From a virus (lineage: Duplodnaviria > Caudoviricetes): 52,525 nt of DNA. This document shows positions 1 through 7,513 of the stretch, piece after piece. The stretch is taken from IMG/VR virus record IMGVR_UViG_3300037524_000555, positions 1 to 52,525 of that record. One strand, written 5' to 3'. The position numbers and the translations under genes were made by a program. How positions within the stretch are numbered: the first letter of the stretch is position 1; every line of letters begins with the position of its first letter. Below the pieces are notes generated by a model. That model searched no databases, had not been told where the DNA came from, and saw only the letters and a program-made list of their open reading frames with translations.

Positions 1-31
1 GCGAAGCGCCACAATGAGACCAGTTCCATGA

Positions 32-286
32 TCATGGCACGCCCTTGCTGCGCACCAGCGCTGCCAACACGACGTTCAGGTCGTCGATGCCCGACTGGAT
101 CCTGTCGATGGCCATGTCGATGTCCTCGCATTCCTCGTTGTCGGACAGCTCGGCCAGCACGAAGGACAGCAGGCTGTCGCCATATTCGTCCGAGTAGCTG
201 TAGGTCCCGACCATGTCGACAAAGTCACCATCGGCGTAGCCTGCGAGGGCAAGGCGCTGCCAGTCGTTGAGTGGTTCCCTGCTCAT
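32..286 (-). CDS. small acidic hypothetical early protein
   Basis: 84 aa ORF; GAAAGGAACAAGCC-ATG SD context; overlaps stop of upstream gene. Confidence 0.7.
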   Translation of the reverse strand: MSREPLNDWQRLALAGYADGDFVDMVGTYSYSDEYGDSLLSFVLAELSDNEECEDIDMAIDRIQSGIDDLNVVLAALVRSKGVP

Positions 287-558
287 GGCTTGTTCCTTTC
301 ATGCAGGCGCTCGTGACGTTCGATGAACGGGCGAGGGTCTGGGTCTTTCTTGTGCCAGTCCAGCGGCAGGTCGTGGGCTATGGCGAAGCACATGGCTGTC
401 AGATCCTCAGGGGCATAGACCTTGCGCCACTTGTAGATGGTCGACTGGTGCACATTGTGCAGGCGTGCTGCTTCCTTCACACCCATGGTTTCGGCGTCCA
501 GCATGATGGCCACTCGCGTCTCATCGGCGAGGCCGTAGTCAGGGTGAAGTGTGGTCAT
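283..558 (-). CDS. helix-turn-helix DNA-binding protein
   Basis: GVKEAARLHNVHQSTIYKWRK is a typical HTH pattern; GAGG SD. Confidence 0.7.
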   Translation of the reverse strand: MTTLHPDYGLADETRVAIMLDAETMGVKEAARLHNVHQSTIYKWRKVYAPEDLTAMCFAIAHDLPLDWHKKDPDPRPFIERHERLHERNKP

Positions 559-561
559 GGC

Positions 562-735
562 TTACCTCGGACCTGCGTGGATGATGGCCTTCGCCTGCAC
601 GAGTGCGCCCACGACGGCACCCTTGGCCGTGAGGATCTCGTTGTCGCTCCATGTGCCGGTGTCGAAGGCCATCACGGCCCTTACCTCGGCAATGGCCTCG
701 CGCAGAAACTTCTCGGTGATGCTTCCGGTGGTCAT
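562..735 (-). CDS. 57-aa hypothetical early protein (not in ORF track)
   Basis: Read manually: MTTGSITEKFLREAIAEVRAVMAFDTG...HAGPR*; AAAGGAACAAGACC-ATG; fills the gap between neighbours. Confidence 0.7.
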   Translation of the reverse strand: MTTGSITEKFLREAIAEVRAVMAFDTGTWSDNEILTAKGAVVGALVQAKAIIHAGPR

Positions 736-769
736 GGTCTTGTTCCTTTCTTGGTTGCTAGGACGCGTC

Positions 770-1207
770 CTAGCGTTTCATTTCGATGACGGGCAGGCCA
801 TGCTTCACGGCAGCGTCGCGCAAGGCGGCATCCTTGCCTGCCCCGATGACGTCGCTGATGCTGCGAACCCCGGCCACGCGGCGCTCCTCGTGGATCACCA
901 GCACACGGAAGTTGTCGTAGAGGCCTCGCGTGATGCGCAGCACGGCGCGCCCGTCGGTGGCCGGGCAGGTCTCGATCGCGTCGTTGCCACAGACATAGCT
1001 GTTCGTCCCCATGGAACGCACGAGCAGGAAGAAGGTCTCACCCTCGGCGAGGCCCGCGGCGCGCGTCGCGTCATAGAGGAGATCCGAGTGGTAGGCGTCC
1101 TCGGCCATGAAGGGCAGGGCCTTGTGGGCAATGGCGTTGAACGCGTTGCGGAAGGCATCGGACTGCACGATAGCCTCGGCGGTGACTGTGAGCTTGATCT
1201 TCATCAT
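770..1207 (-). CDS. hypothetical early protein
   Basis: Start MMKIKL after AACCAAGGAACCAGACC; stop TAG lies inside palindrome 757-774. Confidence 0.7.
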   Translation of the reverse strand: MMKIKLTVTAEAIVQSDAFRNAFNAIAHKALPFMAEDAYHSDLLYDATRAAGLAEGETFFLLVRSMGTNSYVCGNDAIETCPATDGRAVLRITRGLYDNFRVLVIHEERRVAGVRSISDVIGAGKDAALRDAAVKHGLPVIEMKR

Positions 1208-1285
1208 GGTCTGGTTCCTTGGTTGCGATGTGGGCTTGGCCCGGGTGGTCACGGCCTTGGCCGTGGGGTGGTGCTAGGACGCGTC

Positions 1286-1861
1286 CTAGCAGGTTGCTCC
1301 GGCGTGGCCGGAAGTGAGAAACTCGACGGTTATGTCGCAGCACAGGCAGGGCAGCGCACCGTATTCCATACCCTCGTGGCCTTGGTCGTGGGCAACCTCG
1401 CGGCTCACCCGGCGCAGCTTGAAGGGACCGAACTCGCGCTGCATGTCCGCGCTCCAGCGGCGGTAAGCCTCGGCAATGTCCGCCGTCGTGTCGACGGGCA
1501 GGTTCAGGAGCATGTGCGCCCAGTCGATCGGGCACGAGAGCGTCAGCATGTCATCGCTTTCGGCGTCGGTGCTAGGACACGTCCTAGCGGGCGGGCCATA
1601 GGCCGGCACCGAGCTTCTCGGCTCGTAATCCACGCCCCAGCGATGTGGGTTGGTCGTGGGCTGTGCGATGGTATCGAAGCGCTTGGTCAACTCGACAGGC
1701 GGAAGCTGCACTGTCATCGGCGTGGTGTAGCGTGGGCGCGGGGCGCGGATGTGAGGCACGACCTTCGTGCTCTTGACCGGCTTCGACTTCGAGAAAGTCT
1801 GGAAGCGCAGCACTTGCACGTCACTCGCAGCGATCAGGTTCCGCAGTTCTTCCTTCGTCAT
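1286..1861 (-). CDS. hypothetical early protein, possibly a fusion of two units
   Basis: Start MTKEELR after AACCAAGGACCAAGGCC; in-frame internal palindrome (ARTCPS); stop TAG inside palindrome 1273-1290. Confidence 0.55.
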   Translation of the reverse strand: MTKEELRNLIAASDVQVLRFQTFSKSKPVKSTKVVPHIRAPRPRYTTPMTVQLPPVELTKRFDTIAQPTTNPHRWGVDYEPRSSVPAYGPPARTCPSTDAESDDMLTLSCPIDWAHMLLNLPVDTTADIAEAYRRWSADMQREFGPFKLRRVSREVAHDQGHEGMEYGALPCLCCDITVEFLTSGHAGATC

Positions 1862-1986
1862 GGCCTTGGTCCTTGGTTGCAGTGCTAGGACGCGTCCTAG
1901 CAAGGGGTCTTCGTTGGCGGCGCTAGGACGCGTCCTAGCAGGCAGAATGCGGGCAGGGTTCCCCCTTCCGCGCCGTTTTTCTTTTT

Positions 1987-2040
1987 ATCTTACACCCTAC
2001 GGTATCATATAGCAACATCTACGAATAATTTAGTTTTTTT
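1987..2040 (-). promoter_or_regulatory. sigma70-like early promoter with A/T-rich upstream element
   Basis: TTGCTA-17 bp-TAAGAT on minus strand, preceded by an A-tract. Confidence 0.7.
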
Positions 2041-2103
2041 GGTAGTAGCTGTTACCATCTGGGGAACTGGCATCGGGGCGGCATTGCTGCCGCCCTCGTG
2101 GGC

Positions 2104-2172
2104 CTCACGGCACAGCCTCGCAGTCGCCTCGCGGCGCCGCCATAGAGCGTTCGCTCACGGCACAGCCTCGCA
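2104..2172. repeat. 19-bp direct repeat CTCACGGCACAGCCTCGCA x2
   Basis: Copies at 2104-2122 and 2154-2172. Confidence 0.85.
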
Positions 2173-2424
2173 TGTAATGCGAAGCTTCCCGTAGTTGCGC
2201 CGCGTCTCCTCGTCCCAGCGAACGCCGAGGGACTTGGCCCGCATCCGCACAGACCCGTCAGGGCGTGCATAGGATAGCGCCGTGGACCGCACCTGCCTGA
2301 TGTAGTCAGACGGGGCGATGACGTCGACGTAGTCGCCAACCTGCATGTCGCGCCAAGGCCACTTCCGACGCGGCCGGCCATAATGCAGATCTTCGATACC
2401 GATGGTGATGGTGGGTAGTTTCAT
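2155..2424 (-). CDS. small hypothetical protein (W-x-x-M-Q-V-G-D motif), putative DNA-binding
   Basis: Start MKLPT after AAGGGAG; shares motif with 40625..40843. Confidence 0.65.
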   Translation of the reverse strand: MKLPTITIGIEDLHYGRPRRKWPWRDMQVGDYVDVIAPSDYIRQVRSTALSYARPDGSVRMRAKSLGVRWDEETRRNYGKLRITCEAVP

Positions 2425-2499
2425 GTGTCTCTCCCTTGCGGTTGTGGCAGCGCCATGGCAGCTGCTAGGACGCTTCCTAGCATGGGCGGCCGGTGGTAG

Positions 2500-2990
2500 C
2501 AAGTGCTAAGTGCCTGATGTCGCAGTGGTATGAAATGGTATGAATTTTTTGGCGATGGTATGAATTTTGGCTAAGTCATTGATTTTGTATGAGTATGATT
2601 AGTATAGTATAGTATGTATGTTAATTTATTTATGAAACCGGATTTTTTGCTGAGGCTGCGTTTTTTCGCTCGGCCGGTCAGTGCCTGTCCCGGGGTTGCC
2701 TGTGCGTCTCCGCGGGGCTATCATACCACATCTCCCAAACATACCATGTAAAATCAAGCACTTACAAAAAATCATACCACTTGGCCAATCTACATACTCA
2801 ACATACCATAGAAAGCGCAGCATTTTCAGTCACTTGGCCAATAAAACTACTCACATTTTGGCCAAACCGCGGCAATCATACCATCTGAGCCGAGGGACAT
2901 ATTTCAAAATAAACCCAGAAAAAAGTGTAATTTGAGGAGAACTATTTCAAAATACGGCCTTTTCGACCCCGTCGCGCGGTGGTATGATTG
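2500..2990. promoter_or_regulatory. AT-rich non-coding island with TGGTATGA/TCATACCA repeats and IHF-consensus sites (candidate replication origin or packaging-control region)
   Basis: TGGTATGA at 2526, 2536, 2556, 2980; TCATACCA at 2721, 2772, 2876; WATCAANNNNTTR matches at 2572-2584 (-) and 2752-2764 (+). Confidence 0.6.
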
Positions 2991-3042
2991 CTCGTGGAGC
3001 GCGTAACGCTGCGCCGAGAACTGGTCTCAAAGGAGTGGTAGT

Positions 3043-3333
3043 TTGCCTACACGAGCAAAAAGAGAGCGCGCCGCCGAGCGCGCAAAATGCGGAGACACAT
3101 GCTATGTCTGCGGAACTGGACCGCTGATCAGGAAAGCGCTGCGCACCGCAGTTGCAGACGGGATCAAGATCGCTTGCTGCAAGAAGTGCATTGTGCTGGC
3201 GAACGACGCGGGCGAGATCACCGCCGAGGCTTGGGTGCAGCGCATGCGTGAGGTGAGCCGTGAGTATGATTGTCTCTATACTGCGGCGATCGGCTGGCTG
3301 CCGCGTGTCCCTGTGCCGAAGGCGCTACGCTAG
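3043..3333 (+). CDS. Cys-rich putative Zn-finger protein (degenerate HNH-like)
   Basis: TTG start after AAGGAG; CYVCG...CCKKC; stop TAG inside palindrome 3329-3346. Confidence 0.55.
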   Translation: MPTRAKRERAAERAKCGDTCYVCGTGPLIRKALRTAVADGIKIACCKKCIVLANDAGEITAEAWVQRMREVSREYDCLYTAAIGWLPRVPVPKALR

Positions 3334-3442
3334 GACGTGTCCTAGCACTTGCCCCGAGAAGCGCACCGCTGCGTAGAGAACTGGTCTCAGGGCAGGCAGC
3401 GTGCTGTTCTGGAAACTGGCATCGCGCGCCTGCCGCGAGGAC

Positions 3443-3522
3443 AAAAAAAAAAGGGCGACACCCGAAGGCGCCGCCCATGCCGCGAGACAAAAAAAAAAGG
3501 GCGACACCCGAAGGTGCCGCCC
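3443..3522 (-). terminator. tandem duplicated rho-independent terminators
   Basis: Two GGGCGGC(A/G)CC-TTCG-GGTGTCGCCC-T10 hairpins immediately downstream of 3530..4192. Confidence 0.9.
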
Positions 3523-3529
3523 AATGTGA

Positions 3530-4192
3530 TTAGCCGTTCAGGCCGTAGACTTTCAGAGCATCGGCGAGGAAGTTGGCCAGCTTGCCCGACTGGACAAGAT
3601 CAATGGACCCGTCGTGCTTTTCGGCATCGCGACGCAGCCGCTTAATGGCGCTGTTGATGCAGTCCGCCACGAACTTCGCATCGGTCTTTGGTGTCGACGC
3701 GCCCCGCTTTTCCGCCTCGATACCGTCAAGCTCATCCTTCAGAGCCTTCAGGATCTTGACGAACTTTCCCCATTCCTTGGAGCCGAGAATGCTATCCTTC
3801 AGCGCCCGCTTGGGTTGAGGCTTGCGGCCGCCCGCCGGTTTGATGGTAGCATCGCCGGGAACGTTGCGGTCGAACAGTTGTTCTGTAGCAGCCGCGCCGA
3901 TCTTATAGACCGAGTAGACAGACCGCACGAAGTCAAAGCCAGCCTGCTGAACCTGTGTCCGGCTTTCGCCGTCCTTCAGCGGAGCGAGCCACGCAATGTC
4001 GATCTGGTGCGCGACGATGACGGTTTCCACGAAGGCAAGAGCCGCCTTGTGAACGTTGCCTTCGGCCTTGCGCCAGACATCGGCGACCTTGATTTCATCA
4101 GCGCCAATCGCGAAGCGAGTGGACGCCACCTCGCCAGCAACAAGAGCGAGGGAGGAAGTTTCGGCGGGGGCATTGGTTTCGATAACAGACAT
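3530..4192 (-). CDS. hypothetical protein, first gene of leftward early arm
   Basis: Start MSVIETN after AAGGA; own promoter and double terminator. Confidence 0.75.
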   Translation of the reverse strand: MSVIETNAPAETSSLALVAGEVASTRFAIGADEIKVADVWRKAEGNVHKAALAFVETVIVAHQIDIAWLAPLKDGESRTQVQQAGFDFVRSVYSVYKIGAAATEQLFDRNVPGDATIKPAGGRKPQPKRALKDSILGSKEWGKFVKILKALKDELDGIEAEKRGASTPKTDAKFVADCINSAIKRLRRDAEKHDGSIDLVQSGKLANFLADALKVYGLNG

Positions 4193-4242
4193 AGTTGACA
4201 CATCCTTGTGTTTGTCGGCTGGACCATCCAACCGATAAGATC

Positions 4243-4270
4243 AATCTACCACGAGACGCCACGAGATCAA
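4243..4270 (-). promoter_or_regulatory. sigma70-like promoter (extended -10)
   Basis: TTGATC-16 bp-TAGATT with TG at the extended position; spacer has TCGTGG twice. Confidence 0.55.
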
Positions 4271-4664
4271 GGGATATACGCCGCGATAGTGTAATGCTAG
4301 GACGCGTCCTAGCATCGGAAAGGTGGAACGGCGCGACCCCACCGGGAGGCTACCCACCTGCGGCAGCGCGGGACTCCACCCACCTATGTATTACCAATAC
4401 GCACGAACGACCCCGTACTTTTTTGAACTTCGTCCAACCAGCCCGCTTTTCAGACTTGGCTGGCGCCGACGCCTTTGAACTCCGTCCAACCAAGCCCACT
4501 TGGCCGCCTAGCCAGCGAAACCTTGCGCAGACATAAATGCAGCGGCATTTGTTGGTTGACGGGTCCCATACCCCCACCCCTCTTTTTTCTGGCCCGGGGC
4601 GCTTCCGGCACAAAAGACACCCCCCTCTTTTCAGATGGGACTCCTGCGTGCTAGGTTGCAGGTC

Positions 4665-5327
4665 ATGCAGATAGACATCGAACTGGACAAGAACGTGCCA
4701 ATTCCTGAGAAGGGTCCGTATCCGGAGTACCGGGTCGTCCTCGATGCTGCGGCCAACACGGCCAACATGCTCGCGGCGGCAGGGTTGGATTTTGCCCCGA
4801 CAGATGATGACATCGACACCGCCGCTGCCACGGTGCGTACTGCTGCCAAAAATCCGGGCGGGATGAAGACTGACACGCTTCTGAGCTATACCCCCGCCGC
4901 GGTGATGCTGACCAAGCAGATCCTCGATGCCTACGGGCACAAGATCATCGAGGAGGCTGAGAAGGTTCGCCATCTGGTGATGAACAAGCTGGTGCAGGAG
5001 ACGGAGAACAAGGACCCGAAGATCCGCATCCGTGCCCTCGAGCTCTTGGGCAAGATGGGCGACGTGGGCCTGTTCACCGAGCGGAAGGAAGTGACCATCA
5101 CCCACCAGAGCTCCGACGACGTGAAGGATCGGCTGCGTGCAAGGCTGGCCCGGCTGCTGCCGCAGGGGACGGGTGCCGTGCCGGACGCCGAGATCGTAGA
5201 GCCCCCCGCGCTGCCGAAGGCGTCACCGCCGCCACCACCGGCACCGAAAACCACCGAAACGGTGGACGAGCCAAGCTATAAGCTGTCGCTTGAGGCCAAG
5301 CCGGCCTCGGCCAGTCTTTTCGAGTGA
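4665..5327 (+). CDS. putative terminase small subunit
   Basis: First late gene upstream of TerL; helical KIRIRALELLGK segment; Pro-rich tail; positional inference. Confidence 0.5.
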   Translation: MQIDIELDKNVPIPEKGPYPEYRVVLDAAANTANMLAAAGLDFAPTDDDIDTAAATVRTAAKNPGGMKTDTLLSYTPAAVMLTKQILDAYGHKIIEEAEKVRHLVMNKLVQETENKDPKIRIRALELLGKMGDVGLFTERKEVTITHQSSDDVKDRLRARLARLLPQGTGAVPDAEIVEPPALPKASPPPPPAPKTTETVDEPSYKLSLEAKPASASLFE

Positions 5328-5337
5328 AAGGGGCGCC

Positions 5338-5727
5338 ATGACCGTCGTCAACTTCCCGAAGCGCGAAGAACCGGACGCCATCTGGGTTTGCAACTGCGGC
5401 TGCGCCAGCTTCGAACTGCATGCGGACGGCTGCGCCACCTGCCGGTCGTGCAGGTCGGTCGTGGACGAAGGTGGTTGGAAAACACGCGCAGAAGGCGATG
5501 CGGAGCACGAGGGTGAAGTGTCTTTCTCGGATGCCGGGAACGACGCCACTTTCGCCGAACGCAAGATAAAGCGCGAGGCTCAGGGTGCCCACTGGATCAT
5601 CTGCGGCACCTACGAAGGGCGCATCATGTCATGGTCCGAAGGCTTCATTGAGACGCCTGACCAAGAGGAATGGTTGCGTAAAAATGTGGAAATCGGGCTG
5701 CTTGAGATCCTGAAGGACAAGCCCTGA
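5338..5727 (+). CDS. hypothetical Cys-containing protein
   Basis: MTVVNFPKRE start with SD; CNCGC...CATCRSC; stop overlaps terL start. Confidence 0.7.
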   Translation: MTVVNFPKREEPDAIWVCNCGCASFELHADGCATCRSCRSVVDEGGWKTRAEGDAEHEGEVSFSDAGNDATFAERKIKREAQGAHWIICGTYEGRIMSWSEGFIETPDQEEWLRKNVEIGLLEILKDKP

Positions 5728-7277
5728 TGAAGGTTGACATCGGCTTCAGCGACGAGGAGCTCCGTGCCCTCGCTGCCAACATTGATCATCTGGAGCCCGA
5801 CGAGGCGGCCGAGGTCGAGCGGCTGCTGGAAGAGCTGGAGATGCGCCTCAAGCGCGAGGCGGCCCGGGATGACCTGATCGCCTTCTGCCAGTACATGGAC
5901 CCCAACTATAAGGTCGGCCGGCACCACCGGATCCTCGCTGCAGAGCTGATGGCCCTCGAGAGTGGCGAGAAGGACCGTGCAGCGGTCAACATGCCGCCGC
6001 GCCACGGCAAGTCGGAGATGGTGTCGAAGTACTTCCCGGCATGGTTCATCGGGCGAAACCCGACGAAGAAGATCATGATGGTGTCGCACACCACCGATCT
6101 CGCGGTCGATTTCGGTCGCAAGGTGCGAAATCTGATCGACGACACGAAGTTTCAGGAGGTGTTCGAGGACATCCACCTGTCCGCGGACTCGAAGTCGGCC
6201 GGGCGCTGGGACACGAACAAGGGCGGGACATACTTCGCCTGCGGCGTGGGCTCGAGCCTCGCCGGCCGCGGCGCCGACATGCTCATCATCGACGACCCCC
6301 ACTCCGAACAGGACGTGCTGAACGGCAACTTCGAGGTGTTCGACAAGGCCTACCAGTGGTTCACCTTCGGTGCCCGGACCCGCCTGATGCCCGGCGGCAG
6401 GGTCTGCGTCGTGGCCACACGCTGGCACTTGGACGACCTGACGGGGCGCCTCGTGCGCGACATGACCCAGAACGAGGACGCTGACCAGTACGAGGTCATC
6501 GAGTTCCCGGCGATCCTCGAGAAGAAGCTGCCGGACGGGACGATCAAGGAGCGGGCGCTCTGGCCTGAGTTCTTCGACCTCGATGCGCTGCACCGGACCA
6601 AGGCGTCGATGCCGGTCTTCCAGTGGAACGCGCAGTATCAGCAGAACCCCACGGCCGAGGGCAGCGCCCTCGTGAAGCGCGAGTGGTGGCGCCGGTGGAA
6701 GGAGACCAAGCCGCCGGAGGTGTCCTACATCATCATGGCGCTGGACACCGCGACGGAAGAGAAACAGCGGGCTGACTACACCGCTCTGACAGTCTGGGGG
6801 GTGTTCTTCAACGAGGAGGAGCACGCCAACCAGCTCATCCTGCTCGAGGCCATCCGCCGTAGGGTCGAGTTCCCGGAGCTGAAGAAGCTCGCGGTCGAGC
6901 AATACCGGATCTGGGAGCCGGACGCGTTCATCGTCGAGAAGAAGAACTCCGGCGTGGCGCTGTTTCAGGAGCTCAGGCGCACAGGGATGGTGCTGCAGGA
7001 GTACATGCCTCACCGGGGCAGCGGCAACAAGTACGCCCGCCTGCAGTCCGTGGCCGACATCGTGGCCGCGGGCATCGTCTGGGTGCCAGAGACGCGCTGG
7101 GCAGAGGAGCTCGTGGAAGAAATCGCGGCGTTCCCGGTCGGATCCCACGACGACTTGGTCGACAGCACGGTCATCGCCCTCATGCGGTTCCGCCAAGGGG
7201 GCTTTCTGCAGTTGAAGAGCGACGACGAGGTCGATATTCAGGGCGAATACATCCCCTACAGGGCGGCCTATTACTGA
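5727..7277 (+). CDS. terL: terminase large subunit
   Basis: Walker A NMPPRHGKS, Walker B LIIDDP, nuclease motifs ALDTA and HDDLVDS. Confidence 0.95.
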   Translation: MKVDIGFSDEELRALAANIDHLEPDEAAEVERLLEELEMRLKREAARDDLIAFCQYMDPNYKVGRHHRILAAELMALESGEKDRAAVNMPPRHGKSEMVSKYFPAWFIGRNPTKKIMMVSHTTDLAVDFGRKVRNLIDDTKFQEVFEDIHLSADSKSAGRWDTNKGGTYFACGVGSSLAGRGADMLIIDDPHSEQDVLNGNFEVFDKAYQWFTFGARTRLMPGGRVCVVATRWHLDDLTGRLVRDMTQNEDADQYEVIEFPAILEKKLPDGTIKERALWPEFFDLDALHRTKASMPVFQWNAQYQQNPTAEGSALVKREWWRRWKETKPPEVSYIIMALDTATEEKQRADYTALTVWGVFFNEEEHANQLILLEAIRRRVEFPELKKLAVEQYRIWEPDAFIVEKKNSGVALFQELRRTGMVLQEYMPHRGSGNKYARLQSVADIVAAGIVWVPETRWAEELVEEIAAFPVGSHDDLVDSTVIALMRFRQGGFLQLKSDDEVDIQGEYIPYRAAYY

Positions 7278-7462
7278 TGACCCGTGCTGAGCCGACAAAC
7301 GAGATGCGCGAGGAGCTCGAGCGCATGAAAAAACGCCTCGAAAAGCTCAAAAACAGCACCCAAAACACTGAAAAAAGGCGCCAAAGTTGGATAATCCGGT
7401 CCGAAATGGAGGTCCTGAGGGCCAATATCGCCTCTCTGGAGCGCCGCTACCGCTTTGACTGA
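7277..7462 (+). CDS. small coiled-coil hypothetical protein
   Basis: 61 aa, TGATG coupling to terL. Confidence 0.55.
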   Translation: MTRAEPTNEMREELERMKKRLEKLKNSTQNTEKRRQSWIIRSEMEVLRANIASLERRYRFD

Positions 7463-7513
7463 GCGCCATTTGCCTGTATAGTGCGCCAAACTCACCTCTA
7501 GGAGGACGATCTG

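Larger units (their letters stand above)
757..4313. repeat. dispersed 18-bp palindrome GCTAGGA-N4-TCCTAGC, 8 copies (757, 1273, 1571, 1884, 1922, 2464, 3329, 4296)
   Basis: Five perfect GCTAGGACGCGTCCTAGC copies; three differ only in the central 4 nt (CACG, CGCT, CGTG). Confidence 0.97.

Noticed and set aside
283-558. IS transposase
   Set aside because: Only an HTH; no DDE domain, terminal inverted repeats or partner ORF seen.
551-1888. 445-aa plus-strand ORF
   Set aside because: Antisense shadow of minus-strand genes that have clear SD sequences; stop-poor reverse frames are expected in GC-rich DNA.
2626-2935. Short ORFs in the AT-rich island
   Set aside because: No convincing SD, atypical codon use, and sequence dominated by DNA-level repeats.
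757-4313. Palindrome series as a CRISPR array
   Set aside because: Repeats are only 18 bp, and spacing is irregular and mostly gene-sized; only one pair (1884/1922) is close.
757-4313. Palindromes as integron attC sites
   Set aside because: No RYYYAAC/GTTRRRY boxes, too short, and no tyrosine recombinase recognised in the window.
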